From: Thermoplasmata archaeon
GTDB taxonomy: Archaea > Thermoplasmatota > Thermoplasmata > Thermoplasmatales > ARK-15
Direction: 5' to 3'
NCBI GenBank assembly: GCA_023261755.1
Contig: JAGDXS010000028.1
Coordinates: forward strand, 13,743 to 77,742
Length of the DNA: 64,000 bases
Positions 29,465 to 40,220 of the stretch are shown piece after piece. The notes under the pieces were generated by a model. That model was not told where the DNA came from. It did not search any database and saw only the letters and a list, made by a program, of their open reading frames with translations. Every line of letters begins with the position of its first letter. Positions within the stretch are counted from its first letter, which is position 1. The translations under genes were made by a program, and so were the position numbers.

Positions 29465-31681
29465 ATGGAAAAATCTGATGAATCAATTTCTTTAAAATTT
29501 AGGCGAGATTTAAAGTTCAGAGATTTAGTGAGTATTGGTGTAGGTGCCATGACTGGTGCTACAATATATGTCATGGCAGGTCAGGCAACTGCTCTCGCTG
29601 GAACGGGAGTTTTACTTGCACTGGTTTTTAATTATATAATTACAATGCTCACCGGAATGACTTATGCTGAACTATCAACAATTTATCCTGAAGCGGGTGG
29701 AGGATATCTTTTTGTGGAAGAATCTCTGCCTAAACCCTTTGGTTTCATGGGTGGATGGATGTCATGGTTTTCTCATTCTATTGCAGATGCCTTTTATACA
29801 GTAGTTTTTGCAACAGGTCTTTTATGGTTGTTCCAGGAATATGGTATTGTCATACCAATAAACTATGTAATTTTTGAAAAATTGATGATTCTTCTAATTC
29901 TAATAGTAATTATCTTGATTAATTACTGGGGTACTGCAACAACTGGAAAATCGCAAACATTGATTACAAATATTCAGGTTGCACTACTCATTGTTTTTAT
30001 TGTTGCTGGAACTGTTGCAATAATAAGGCATCCAAACGTTCCTTCAAATCTTTTGCCATTTAATACAACACCTATGGGTATATTGCTTGCCATGGGTCTG
30101 TTATTTGTGGCTTTTGAAGGTTATGAAATAATTGCCCAAGGAGCTGAGGAAATAGAAAATCCAGAGAAAAATATACCAAAGGCCATCTTTGTTTCTGTAG
30201 CAATTATTACCATTCTTTACGTTGCATTATTTTTTGTAATGCTTGGTGGTGCGGGGACAGCATGGGTAGGTTCACATGGGGAAAATGCAATGGTAGACTA
30301 TGGAAAAATTATTATGGGCAGTTATGGCCCTGCACTTGTTATCCTGGCAATGCTTATTGGTTCAGGTGCTACACTTAACGCTACAGTATATTCTGCAATA
30401 AGAGTATCATTTGCCATGGGTAGAAATGGGTCACTCCCAAAGATTTTCTCTAGGATGCATAAGAAGCACAGAACCCCTCATATCGCAACACTTGTAACGG
30501 GTGTTATAATTGGGGGCATGGCCCTATTCCTTCCTCTAGATACTATAGTAGCAGCCGCAAGCATAATGTTTCTTTTACTTTTTACTCTTGTAAATATAGC
30601 TGTAATAGTCCATAGGTACAAGCATCCAAATGCAAAAAGGGCATATTCTATACCACTATTTCCATTGATACCAATTCTTGCTATTATTACAAAACTTCTT
30701 GTTGCATTTGCACTTTGGATATTTTCACCAGAATCTTGGTACATTGCTCTTTTATGGATTGAGGCAGGTCTTCTAATATATTATTTTTGGGCAGGTAAAA
30801 AAGAGATAGAAAGACCTTCGCCCATAGTTGAAAAGGAAGAAGTGAAAATAGAAAAGAAAAAAATTAACATGCTTGTACCCCTTTCTGAAGAATTTCCCAG
30901 CAGTGTGAAAATAGCATCAATGATTGCTAAAAGTATGGATTCTAATATATTCATATTCAGCACAATTGAAGTTCCTATGACCGTTTCGCCACAATCAATC
31001 ACATATAATGAATCCACGGATAGAATAAAAATGATGGAAAGAATGGAAAAAGTAGCCAAAAAATATGGTAAGCAAGTCTTGACAATAATAACTGTTTCTC
31101 ACGATACTGTTAATTCAATAATTGATGAAGTAAAAGAAAGGAAAATTAATCTATTGTTTATGACATGGAGGCAAAAAAAGGGTAAGCGCTTAATTTTTGG
31201 TTCAACACTTGAAAAAATTTATAGAAATCCACCTTGTGATATCATAATTTTTAGGGATCACATACCTGAAAAAATAAATGAAATAAGCCTTGTAATATCC
31301 AAAAGAAAGAGCAGCGATTTTTCATTCCTCATTGCTACCTATTTGGCAAAGGAGTTTAATTGCAAGCTAAAAATACTCGAATTCACATACAATGGCCAAA
31401 TATCTGTTAAAGCTGAAAATTATATTAAAAAAGCTAAAGAAAAAGAGATTGATGTTGATGTTGTTTCTTTTCCTAATGACATGATAATGGGTAGAATTCT
31501 TGAACTATCCAAATCTGCAGAATTTTTAATAATGGCACCTCCATCAGAATACATGGATGGCAGGATACCTATATCCGCAGATCCAAAGATTATAGGTAGG
31601 ATGAAAGGTCCAATCCTCGTAGTTAGAAAAGTTTTATCTGAAGAAGATTTAAGTGAAATTTCAATGCTCATACACGGCTGA
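29465..31681 (+). CDS. APC-family amino acid permease fused to two C-terminal universal stress protein (USP)-like domains
   Basis: About 12 TM segments carry the APC-type GAMTGATIYV motif. The C-terminal approximately 280 aa is soluble with two USP-like repeats. Confidence 0.75.
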   Translation: MEKSDESISLKFRRDLKFRDLVSIGVGAMTGATIYVMAGQATALAGTGVLLALVFNYIITMLTGMTYAELSTIYPEAGGGYLFVEESLPKPFGFMGGWMSWFSHSIADAFYTVVFATGLLWLFQEYGIVIPINYVIFEKLMILLILIVIILINYWGTATTGKSQTLITNIQVALLIVFIVAGTVAIIRHPNVPSNLLPFNTTPMGILLAMGLLFVAFEGYEIIAQGAEEIENPEKNIPKAIFVSVAIITILYVALFFVMLGGAGTAWVGSHGENAMVDYGKIIMGSYGPALVILAMLIGSGATLNATVYSAIRVSFAMGRNGSLPKIFSRMHKKHRTPHIATLVTGVIIGGMALFLPLDTIVAAASIMFLLLFTLVNIAVIVHRYKHPNAKRAYSIPLFPLIPILAIITKLLVAFALWIFSPESWYIALLWIEAGLLIYYFWAGKKEIERPSPIVEKEEVKIEKKKINMLVPLSEEFPSSVKIASMIAKSMDSNIFIFSTIEVPMTVSPQSITYNESTDRIKMMERMEKVAKKYGKQVLTIITVSHDTVNSIIDEVKERKINLLFMTWRQKKGKRLIFGSTLEKIYRNPPCDIIIFRDHIPEKINEISLVISKRKSSDFSFLIATYLAKEFNCKLKILEFTYNGQISVKAENYIKKAKEKEIDVDVVSFPNDMIMGRILELSKSAEFLIMAPPSEYMDGRIPISADPKIIGRMKGPILVVRKVLSEEDLSEISMLIHG

Positions 31682-32950
31682 TTTTATTTTTTTAAGCAAC
31701 TCTGACTTTACCTGTTCAGATTTTTCACTTGTTTCAGCATGTATGCATATTTCATATTTATCAAAATCTTTACCTATTTGCTTTAAAAATATACCTGGCC
31801 TTTCATTTTGTTCTATATTTGGTATATCAGAAATAATTTTCATTATAAGCTCTTCGAATTCACCAGTTTTAATATGGCTAGGTACTTCAACATTGATTCT
31901 TACAGGGAAAGATCTCCCTGGGGAAGAAATTACCCTTACGGATTCACTTAAAATTTTTGAATTGGGAACATATATAATTTTACCCATGTTATCCCTTATT
32001 TGTGTAAAAAGAATTCCTATGTTTATAACAAATCCCTCAATTTCATTATTGATTGATATATAATCTTCTTCAACAAATGGTTCTGAAGATAGTATAATAA
32101 GACCTGAAATAGCATTTTTTACTGGTGTGTAAAAAATGAATAATATTATAACAAGGATCAAAATTATGAAAAAGATAAAAACGAATATATCTGCATACCT
32201 GAAACCAAGCATGGATAAAAATATTAGAATAATACCAAATGAAACAAGTATAATAATGGAATTTCTGATTATTCCCATTAAATATTTACCTAGCTTTTCC
32301 TTCTGGTTGCTTGATCTTAGTTTTATATCCCTTATGAAGGCACCAAATAGAAGGTAAAGAATTATGCCAATGATTATGAGAAGAATAATCATTAGGAAAC
32401 CTTCCATGTTCCTTGAAAAGAATAAGCCCAAACCCCTGCTAGTGTTTCCTAGGAGACCAAAACTTGAAAGCAAAATAATAATTGAAAATATTAATGCCAT
32501 TAAATATATTATATATTTAATAATTAGCTCAGAGTAATATCCAACCCTTTCACTTATCAATTTTTTAGGTTTAGTGTGAAGCTCTCCTCTCATATATCTG
32601 AAAATCCTGTTTACTATTGATAAAACAAGCATTGAAAAAAGAAGAACGAGGATTATTGAAAAAAATGTGTAAATATATGGGAAAATGATCTTAGTTGTAT
32701 AATCCCTTATACCAAATCCTATGTTTGAATAAATATAAATAAGAAAAACGAATAAAAATGAGAAAAATGCATAAAGTAGGATTATTTCTAGTAGTTCAAC
32801 ACTATTTTCTCCGAGAAATATGGATTCCTTGATTTTTAAATAATTAAAAAATCTGTTTAAATATGAAACTATGTAGAGTGCAATTACAACTATTCCTATT
32901 GTTGCAATAATTGGTATGAGTAGCTGATTGAATATATGAACCAATCCCAT
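31661..32950 (-). CDS. MscS-family mechanosensitive channel
   Basis: Multi-TM N-terminus followed by the MscS beta-domain pattern PFVEEDYISI...GFVINIGILFTQIR...IIYVPNS. Confidence 0.75.
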   Translation of the reverse strand: MGLVHIFNQLLIPIIATIGIVVIALYIVSYLNRFFNYLKIKESIFLGENSVELLEIILLYAFFSFLFVFLIYIYSNIGFGIRDYTTKIIFPYIYTFFSIILVLLFSMLVLSIVNRIFRYMRGELHTKPKKLISERVGYYSELIIKYIIYLMALIFSIIILLSSFGLLGNTSRGLGLFFSRNMEGFLMIILLIIIGIILYLLFGAFIRDIKLRSSNQKEKLGKYLMGIIRNSIIILVSFGIILIFLSMLGFRYADIFVFIFFIILILVIILFIFYTPVKNAISGLIILSSEPFVEEDYISINNEIEGFVINIGILFTQIRDNMGKIIYVPNSKILSESVRVISSPGRSFPVRINVEVPSHIKTGEFEELIMKIISDIPNIEQNERPGIFLKQIGKDFDKYEICIHAETSEKSEQVKSELLKKIKSAVYEH

Positions 32951-32986
32951 TTAATATGTAATTGTTTTCTATATTTTTAATCTTTC

Positions 32987-33952
32987 TTATTTAATCCATC
33001 TTGCATAATCTTTTGCATGGTAGGAAATAATTATATCAGCGCCTGCCCTCTTAATTGATGTTAAAAGTTCTTTAACCACGGCCTTTTCATCTATATATCC
33101 TGCCATGGATGCTGATTTTACCATACTGTATTCACCGCTCACGTTGTATGCTGCTATTGGAAGATCGAATTTCTCCCTTGCCATTTTTATTATATCCAAA
33201 TAAAATAGAGAGGGTTTTACCATGATAATGTCTGCACCTTCCATTATGTCAAGCTCAATTTCCCTCATGGCTTCCCTTGAATTTGAATAGTTCATCTGGT
33301 ATGTTTTTCTATCTCCGAATTTGGGTGCAGATTCTGCAGCATCCCTAAATGGTGAATAAAGTGAAGAAGAATATTTTGCGCTATATGCCATAATTGGAAT
33401 ATATTCATACCCATTAGAATCTAAAATTTCCCTGATCGCTTTTACCTGGCCATCCATCATTCCACTTGGCGCTACCACATCAACTCCACTTTTTGCATAG
33501 CTCAATGCTATCTTCTGATAAATTTCAAGAGTTTTATCATTTAGAATTTTATTTCCTGAAACAATACCGCAGTGACCATGGGAAGTATATTCGCACATGC
33601 ACAGGTCAGCAAAAATAAGCAAATTGGTTTCTTCCTTGAGCTTTCTAATACTTTTCTGAATCACACCCTTATCATCATATGCTGAGGATGCTCCCTCATC
33701 CTTGCAGTATGGTATGCCAAATAGTAAAACAGCTTTTAAGCCAAGATCTTCTAATTCTTTTCCTTCATCTGCAAGATAATCGATGGGCAATCTTGAAATA
33801 CCTGGCATAGATGGTATTTCCATCCTATTTTTTATGTTTTCATCCACAAATATTGGATATATGAAATCCTCTATCTCTAGCTCAGTCTCTTCCACCATTC
33901 TTCTTAGTATGGCATTCTCTCTCAGCCTTCTCATCCTTACATTTGGAAACAT
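32987..33952 (-). CDS. hemB: porphobilinogen synthase (delta-aminolevulinate dehydratase)
   Basis: RRLR...P(I/L)FV, the cysteine-rich zinc site [14 protein letters not shown], and the VKPS active-site lysine. Confidence 0.9.
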   Translation of the reverse strand: MFPNVRMRRLRENAILRRMVEETELEIEDFIYPIFVDENIKNRMEIPSMPGISRLPIDYLADEGKELEDLGLKAVLLFGIPYCKDEGASSAYDDKGVIQKSIRKLKEETNLLIFADLCMCEYTSHGHCGIVSGNKILNDKTLEIYQKIALSYAKSGVDVVAPSGMMDGQVKAIREILDSNGYEYIPIMAYSAKYSSSLYSPFRDAAESAPKFGDRKTYQMNYSNSREAMREIELDIMEGADIIMVKPSLFYLDIIKMAREKFDLPIAAYNVSGEYSMVKSASMAGYIDEKAVVKELLTSIKRAGADIIISYHAKDYARWIK

Positions 33953-33955
33953 TTT

Positions 33956-35116
33956 TCATTCACCCAAGATCTTTTTTAAAATTTCGAATTGATCCTTTGT
34001 TAATTTACTCCCATTTTTCCTTAAATTTGTAACCATTCTGGAATATATTTTTTTAATCAATGAATTACCATATTTTTCTAATATTTCTCTAGACCCTTCA
34101 CCGAGTATTTTTACAGATTCTTCAATCTCCTCCTCCTTTATTGAATTTGCTTTTTTAAATAAATTTGATATTAATTCTTCAATTTCCATGGATTTTATTT
34201 TTTCATCTATAGTTGAAATCTTATCATTAATTATGTTATTTGCCTTTTCCATTTCTTCTTTTCTTCTTATTATATTCTTATCAACATATTTTTTAATGTA
34301 TTCAAGATCTATATAATATCTATCTTCAAGAGTCTCTATATTCCTTGGATTTCCAAGGTCAATAACTATGGATGGTTTTACAGAATTAAAATCTTCCTTT
34401 TTTAAAACAGGCTCATTAACAGAAATTGCAGATATTATTGCATCAAATTTTGATAACTCATCCTTAATATTTTTTATTAAGTCTGTTTTTACATTATATT
34501 TATCCCGAATTATTTTTAACTTTTCTTCATTCCTACCAAAAACAGTGATCTCATAATTATTATTTATTAAATATTTCAATATTGAATTCGCTACTTTACC
34601 TGTTCCGATTAAGCATACTTTTCCTTTCAATGCCATGGTTTCTAAAATTCTCACAGATGTCTGAGGTATTGATACAATACCATTACCTATCTTTGTTGAT
34701 GATCTTATCAACTTTGAAATATTTAATGCCTTCATAAAAATATAATTAATGATTTTTCCAGAAGTGTTATTTTTTATTGAATTATTGAGCGCTTCCTTCA
34801 CCTGCCTCTGTATGTCCTGTTCTCCAGGTATCATTGAATCCATCCCCGCTGATACCTGTATAATATGCCTAACAGCATCCATATCATATAGGACCCTTGC
34901 TTTCCCATATCTTAAAAATAGATTTTTTATTTTTTCTGAAGCATCTTCCCTAGGGACAATGTAAATTTCAAATCTATTACAAGTCCTTAGTATTAAAATT
35001 TCACTTGATACATCCTTAAAATTGTTAATTATGTATTTATCATCTATCGATGTCCATTTCCCCAATAAATTCAAATCCATGTCCCTGTAGGATGCAATAA
35101 TGTTAATCAGGAACAT
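33956..35116 (-). CDS. hemA: glutamyl-tRNA reductase
   Basis: ILRTCNRFEIY (catalytic Cys) and the NAD fold IGTGKVA. I prefer the start at ATG (rc 35114-35116), which is preceded by GGAGGG. The track start is 35158. Confidence 0.85.
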   Translation of the reverse strand: MFLINIIASYRDMDLNLLGKWTSIDDKYIINNFKDVSSEILILRTCNRFEIYIVPREDASEKIKNLFLRYGKARVLYDMDAVRHIIQVSAGMDSMIPGEQDIQRQVKEALNNSIKNNTSGKIINYIFMKALNISKLIRSSTKIGNGIVSIPQTSVRILETMALKGKVCLIGTGKVANSILKYLINNNYEITVFGRNEEKLKIIRDKYNVKTDLIKNIKDELSKFDAIISAISVNEPVLKKEDFNSVKPSIVIDLGNPRNIETLEDRYYIDLEYIKKYVDKNIIRRKEEMEKANNIINDKISTIDEKIKSMEIEELISNLFKKANSIKEEEIEESVKILGEGSREILEKYGNSLIKKIYSRMVTNLRKNGSKLTKDQFEILKKILGE

Positions 35117-35735
35117 ACTTCTCCCTCCAGAGTTTAATAGCAAATTCATATGCACCAATAAAATTATCTTCCTTTACCATGTCCCAAAAAATTTTTTCAT
35201 TGAATAATGATCTAAAAAATTTCTTCCTTTTTTCTTCATCATGGGAATCTAAAGAGTTTCTAATTCTTTCAATTAAATCCAATGCTTTAGAATACTCTTT
35301 CAATGATGGTGATAATCTATCCCTTATGAATGTTGCAAGGGAAGGAGCTTTACCGGATGTTGATATGGCCATTATGATTCCATTTTCATTATGATATGCA
35401 GGAAATATGGCTTTACTTTTTTTATCATCTACCAAATTAAAAATTTTCCTCTTCTCTTCACATTCTTTCATGATTAGTGAATTAATATTTTTATCACTTG
35501 TAGCAATTATTACAAGATCAGCATCTTTTATGTATTCATTAATATCTTCCTTAGATTCAATTTTTTTAGATATCATTTTTACATCTCTTTTTAGAAAATC
35601 CTCCATAAACTTTTCAGAAACTACCGTAATATCAGCACCTTCCAAATAATCTAATTTCCTAAGCGCTACCTTTCCTCCACCGAAAATTACAATCTTTATT
35701 TTTGATAAATCCAAGAATATTGGAATATATTTCAT
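35103..35735 (-). CDS. precorrin-2 dehydrogenase / sirohydrochlorin ferrochelatase (Met8 / CysG N-terminal type)
   Basis: PIFLDL...VIFGGGKVALRK N-terminal signature, 210 aa. Confidence 0.8.
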   Translation of the reverse strand: MKYIPIFLDLSKIKIVIFGGGKVALRKLDYLEGADITVVSEKFMEDFLKRDVKMISKKIESKEDINEYIKDADLVIIATSDKNINSLIMKECEEKRKIFNLVDDKKSKAIFPAYHNENGIIMAISTSGKAPSLATFIRDRLSPSLKEYSKALDLIERIRNSLDSHDEEKRKKFFRSLFNEKIFWDMVKEDNFIGAYEFAIKLWREKYVPD

Positions 35736-36151
35736 TTTACATCATTCTTCAGATTCTTCACTGTTCTTAAAATTTCATAATTTATATGCATTTCATCAAG
35801 CTTTTTGGAAAAGGATTTTAATTCATCTTCGTTGAAGAAATGGGCCATTGCAAAATAACTGTAAGGAAATTTTTCATTTTTTTCTCTAACATAAAAATGT
35901 GTTATATGTGCTAAATTAATTACCTTTTCAATATTTTCATCATCCATATTCATTGCAATTAAAGCACTTACCCTGTATCCAAGTTTCTCATGATCAAGTA
36001 AAGCCCTAAATTTGATTATTTGGCCTTTGTTTACCATATCATTTAAAATCTTAATTAATTCATCCTTTCTCATTGAGAAAATTTTTGCCAGATCTCCATA
36101 AGGATCATTTGAAATTGGTATACCTTTCCTTAAATCTGATATTTTTATCAT
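35732..36151 (-). CDS. siroheme decarboxylase subunit (AhbA/AhbB, NirD/L/G/H family)
   Basis: Small Lrp/AsnC-like protein paired with its paralog inside the heme locus. I cannot decide the A versus B assignment by eye. Confidence 0.65.
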   Translation of the reverse strand: MIKISDLRKGIPISNDPYGDLAKIFSMRKDELIKILNDMVNKGQIIKFRALLDHEKLGYRVSALIAMNMDDENIEKVINLAHITHFYVREKNEKFPYSYFAMAHFFNEDELKSFSKKLDEMHINYEILRTVKNLKNDVK

Positions 36152-36603
36152 TTTTTTACCTCAAATTCAGTATCGAGTTTAAGTGATTTCACTGATCTAA
36201 GGATTATATAATCATCTATTTCTAACTTTTCAGTGATAATTTTAATTTGCTTTAATATTTCTTCAAAATTTTTTCCTGATATTGTAAACCATATATTATA
36301 ATGATGATCCCTCAAATAATTGTGTGTAATATTTTCAAAAGAATTTATAAATTCTGAAACTTTAACTATGTCTTTTTCATTTGCCTTTATTGCAACAAGG
36401 GCCCTCTCATATTTTTCAATGTAACTTTTAGATAATTTAGGAATTATTTTCTTTATATATCCCAAGTTGTATAAATTAATTATTCTATTCATAACCTCAA
36501 ACTCATCAAGACCAAGATCTTTGGCAATTTTCAAATATGGCCGATCATCTATAGGAAATTCATTTTGTATGTAAATTAAAATTTTTCTATCAACTTCATC
36601 CAT
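36148..36603 (-). CDS. siroheme decarboxylase subunit (AhbA/AhbB, NirD/L/G/H family)
   Basis: DEVDRKIL...DRPY wHTH-like N-terminus, 151 aa. It overlaps its paralog by 4 nt. Confidence 0.65.
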   Translation of the reverse strand: MDEVDRKILIYIQNEFPIDDRPYLKIAKDLGLDEFEVMNRIINLYNLGYIKKIIPKLSKSYIEKYERALVAIKANEKDIVKVSEFINSFENITHNYLRDHHYNIWFTISGKNFEEILKQIKIITEKLEIDDYIILRSVKSLKLDTEFEVKK

Positions 36604-36615
36604 AAAATCACACCT

Positions 36616-37689
36616 TCAAAATGGACAAGCGGGATCTTCCTGAAGATAATCACCATAAATAGCAAATGCCCTTGCCCTTGAACCTCCACAAATTTCCCTG
36701 AAATTGCATTTGCCACACTTACCTTTCAACAGATAAGGATCCTTAAGATCCCTGAATACAGGAGATTTAATATAAACATCAACAATGTTATCTTTTCTAA
36801 CATTACCAGCTATTATGGGTAGAAATCCAGTTGGTTGAATTTCACCTATATGCGATATGAAAATAGTTCCCCTGCCATCTGTCACACCTAGATTTTTACT
36901 ATCCTTTGTTACTGGCAACATTTTTTTTATCATTTTGATATCAGAGTTTTTCATTAAATAATTGAAAATTTCACCATTATCCTTTGGACCTTCCATCTTT
37001 ACTCTATTGTAAAAAGGTGCTTCTGTTACCTTTATCCTGAAATCCATTGAACTCTGTACATAGTAAAGCCATGACATGACCTGAATAATTTCGTCTGAGT
37101 TCAATGATAGCTCACTAGTTGCTCTGCCTGTAGGTACGATGAAAAAAAGATCCCATGTTTTTATATTAAAAGATTGAACAAGCCTCAATATGTTTGGGAG
37201 ATCCATTAAATTGTGCTTTCCAACTGTGGTATTCACCTGGAGATTCACTTTCCCCTGCAAATAATTTAGAATTTCAATTGATGTTTTGAATGTACCATTA
37301 ACATTTCTAAAATTGTCATGTATTTTTTCATTGCTACCATCAATACTTATTGCCACATTTTTGACTTTTTTTGAAATTAAATCAAGTTTTTCAGGTGTAG
37401 CTAGCTTTGTTCCGCTAAATGATATTGATAAACTAAAATTTTCTTTGTTAAATATATCTAGGATTTGAAAAATGTCTTCACGCATTAAGGGATCTCCACC
37501 TGTAATTATAACCATGGGCTTTGGATTATTGAACTTGGAAAGGTCTTTAGCTAGTTTTTCTATTTCATCTAAATTAAGTTCAAGTGGATTTCTCTTTTTT
37601 TGAGCGCTTGCCCTGCAATGTTTACATGTAAGTAAGCAGGCCCTAGTTACCTCGTAAAATACTATTATGGGATTCTCAGAAAAATTCAT
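36616..37689 (-). CDS. NirJ-like radical SAM/SPASM enzyme (AhbC or AhbD of the alternative heme pathway)
   Basis: The CxxxCxxC equivalent is CLLTCKHC. The C-terminal auxiliary-cluster motif reads GKCGKCNFREICGG. Context supports the call. Confidence 0.7.
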   Translation of the reverse strand: MNFSENPIIVFYEVTRACLLTCKHCRASAQKKRNPLELNLDEIEKLAKDLSKFNNPKPMVIITGGDPLMREDIFQILDIFNKENFSLSISFSGTKLATPEKLDLISKKVKNVAISIDGSNEKIHDNFRNVNGTFKTSIEILNYLQGKVNLQVNTTVGKHNLMDLPNILRLVQSFNIKTWDLFFIVPTGRATSELSLNSDEIIQVMSWLYYVQSSMDFRIKVTEAPFYNRVKMEGPKDNGEIFNYLMKNSDIKMIKKMLPVTKDSKNLGVTDGRGTIFISHIGEIQPTGFLPIIAGNVRKDNIVDVYIKSPVFRDLKDPYLLKGKCGKCNFREICGGSRARAFAIYGDYLQEDPACPF

Positions 37690-38879
37690 TTAAAATCCTC
37701 CGGAATTTCTGTTTTAATTTCATCATCTGTGAGATAACAGTCCGGTTCCTCTGACCATAGATCACCATTGTATCTCAATGCCCTTAACCTGAAACCACCA
37801 CAAATGTCCTTGAAATTGCATTTAGCGCATTTTCCTTTGAGTAAATCCTTCTTTCTGTGCCTGAGATCGTAGATAATTCCCTCTTCATTATTCCATATCT
37901 CAGAAAAATTTTTTTCTTTAACATTCCCCTGTGAATAATCCCACCAAAACTGGTTTGGATGCACATTTCCCCATGGATCAATATTACCTGCTTTAATACC
38001 AGAATTATCACCGCCCCTTCTCCTAAGAAGTTTGTATACTTCCTTGGATCTTGGATCATTATTTTTAAATAATTTTAAAAACAGGTATATGCCATCAACA
38101 GGATTATCAACGCTAAGAATTTCCATGTTTATTTTATTATCATGAATTTCATATGTTTTATCAATTAAAAAATCTATTGTTTCTCTTCTTTCTTTGTTTG
38201 TTATATCTTGATTCATTGATCCTCTTCCGGCTGGAACTAAATGGTAAAGGCAGAATCTGTCTACCTGAAGCTCCTCAGCCAAATTAAATACCCTGGTAAT
38301 ATCATCTTTGTTATATTTTGTTACTGTAAATCTAATACCATTCATCATTCCTGCATCTTTTACGTATTTTAGACCCTGAAGAGCCATATCAAAAGCACCT
38401 TTTACACCTCTGAACTCATCATTTTTTGAACCAAAGCCATCCAAACTTATTCCAACATATTTCACACCAGATTCAGCTAATTTAGATGCTACATTTTCAT
38501 TTATTGTTGTACCGTTTGATGACAATGTTACCCTAATATTTTTTTCATTCATGTATGATGCAATTTCATAAATATCAGGATGAAGTGTTGGCTCACCACC
38601 TGAAAGGATAACAACTGGTAGGCCCATACTGGCAAGATCATCCGTAACACTTAAAATCCTTTGAGTGGATAATTCATTTGGTGATCTCTTTGTATTAGCG
38701 TTCGCATAGCAATGCATGCATTTTAGATTACATTGCAAAGTCAAATTCCAGAATAAAACGGCTAGGTCTTTTTTTGTATATCTTAAAAGTTCAGGGTTTG
38801 TTTCATAGCTGAACCTTGATTCATCAATTGTCCTACTCACTGTTCCAGATTTAAAAAGTAGTTGATTGAACGCAATCAT
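37686..38879 (-). CDS. NirJ-like radical SAM/SPASM enzyme (AhbC or AhbD of the alternative heme pathway)
   Basis: CNLKCMHC and the C-terminal GKCAKCNFKDICGG. The start was trimmed to ATG (rc 38877-38879). The track uses TTG at 38897. Confidence 0.7.
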   Translation of the reverse strand: MIAFNQLLFKSGTVSRTIDESRFSYETNPELLRYTKKDLAVLFWNLTLQCNLKCMHCYANANTKRSPNELSTQRILSVTDDLASMGLPVVILSGGEPTLHPDIYEIASYMNEKNIRVTLSSNGTTINENVASKLAESGVKYVGISLDGFGSKNDEFRGVKGAFDMALQGLKYVKDAGMMNGIRFTVTKYNKDDITRVFNLAEELQVDRFCLYHLVPAGRGSMNQDITNKERRETIDFLIDKTYEIHDNKINMEILSVDNPVDGIYLFLKLFKNNDPRSKEVYKLLRRRGGDNSGIKAGNIDPWGNVHPNQFWWDYSQGNVKEKNFSEIWNNEEGIIYDLRHRKKDLLKGKCAKCNFKDICGGFRLRALRYNGDLWSEEPDCYLTDDEIKTEIPEDFK

Positions 38880-38897
38880 ATTAATTGTGTGATGCAA

Positions 38898-38912
38898 AAA
38901 AGTATAAAAACA
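38898..38912 (-). promoter_or_regulatory. candidate TATA box for the ahb-hemA-hemB arm
   Basis: rc TTTTTATAC is centred about 26 nt upstream of the ATG at 38879, giving leaderless geometry. Confidence 0.35.
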
Positions 38913-38935
38913 CTTTGAATCCTCTCAATATAATT

Positions 38936-38950
38936 GTAAAAAATATATAG
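38936..38950 (+). promoter_or_regulatory. candidate TATA box for the hemL-hemC-cobA-hemD arm
   Basis: AAAAATATATA is centred about 29 nt upstream of the ATG at 38973. Confidence 0.35.
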
Positions 38951-38972
38951 TGGATATTTTTATGCACACATT

Positions 38973-40220
38973 ATGAAATCTAAAAAACTTTTTAATGTAT
39001 CAAGAAAACTGTTTCCAGGTGGTGTGAATTCGCCTGTTAGATTTTATGATCCATACCCTTTGTTCATAAAAAAGGGAAAGGGATCTAAAATATTTGATGT
39101 AGATGGTAATAAATTTATAGATTTCTGTTTAGCATATGGGCCTCTCATTCTAGGACATTCTGATGCAAGTGTAAAAAATGCAGTTAAAAAGCAGCTTGAA
39201 AATGGTTGGTTATTTGGAGCTCCTACTGAAGAGGAAATTTTACTGGCTAAAATCATAAATGAATCAATTCCATACATGGAAATGATGAGATTTGTTAGCT
39301 CTGGAACGGAAGCGACCATGCATGCCATAAGACTTGCAAGAGCTTACACAAATAGAAAAAAGATTGTAAAGGTATTCGGAGGTTTTCACGGTTCACATGA
39401 TTCAGTTCTTGTTTCTCCAGGAAGCGGTGCAATTGGAATACCCTCGTCACCTGGAATACCTGACGAAATTTCAGCAAATACCCTCGTTGTTGATTATAAC
39501 AATACAGAAGAAATTAAAAAGGTCTTTGAAAATAACAAAGATGAAATAGCAGCAATAATAATTGAGCCTGTCCTTGGTAATGTTGGTGTTATTCCACCAT
39601 TGGATGGCTATCTTAAAATGATTAGAGAAATAACAACTGATAATAATTCACTGCTTATATTCGATGAGGTAATCACAGGTTTCAGGTTCCACTATGGCAG
39701 TGCCGGGCAATATTTCAACGTTGAACCTGATTTAACAATACTTGGAAAGATTGTTGGAGGAGGCTTTCCATTGGCAGTCTTTGGAGGAAAAGAAGATATA
39801 ATGAAGAATATCTCCCCTTCTGGTAATGTATATCAGGCAGGTACATTTTCAGGGAATCCCATTTCAATGGTTGCAGGTATTGCAACCTTAAAAAAATTGA
39901 AAAATAAGGATTATAAAAATCTTGAAAATAGGGTGTCTATAATAAATAAATATGTTGAAGATGCAAAAAATGATAAAAAAATAGATTTACAGTTAAATTC
40001 AATGGTGAGCATGTTCCAGATATTCTTCAATAAAAATGAGATAAAGAATTACAATGATGCTTTAAAATCAAATACTGCAAATTTCAAAAAATTTTTCAAT
40101 AAATTATTAGATAGAGGATTTTACATTCCACCAAGCCAGTTTGAATCTTTATTCATTAGCTTCTCCCATACTAAAAAAGAAGTTGAAGATTTTGGAAGGA
40201 TAATTTATGAAGGACTATAA
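38973..40220 (+). CDS. hemL: glutamate-1-semialdehyde 2,1-aminomutase
   Basis: LFPGGVNSPVR, the SGTEATM motif and FDEVITGFR. Confidence 0.9.
   Translation: MKSKKLFNVSRKLFPGGVNSPVRFYDPYPLFIKKGKGSKIFDVDGNKFIDFCLAYGPLILGHSDASVKNAVKKQLENGWLFGAPTEEEILLAKIINESIPYMEMMRFVSSGTEATMHAIRLARAYTNRKKIVKVFGGFHGSHDSVLVSPGSGAIGIPSSPGIPDEISANTLVVDYNNTEEIKKVFENNKDEIAAIIIEPVLGNVGVIPPLDGYLKMIREITTDNNSLLIFDEVITGFRFHYGSAGQYFNVEPDLTILGKIVGGGFPLAVFGGKEDIMKNISPSGNVYQAGTFSGNPISMVAGIATLKKLKNKDYKNLENRVSIINKYVEDAKNDKKIDLQLNSMVSMFQIFFNKNEIKNYNDALKSNTANFKKFFNKLLDRGFYIPPSQFESLFISFSHTKKEVEDFGRIIYEGL

Noticed and set aside
31653-32063. 136-aa plus-strand ORF
   Set aside because: It lies antisense to the C-terminal domain of the MscS channel gene and is a shadow ORF.
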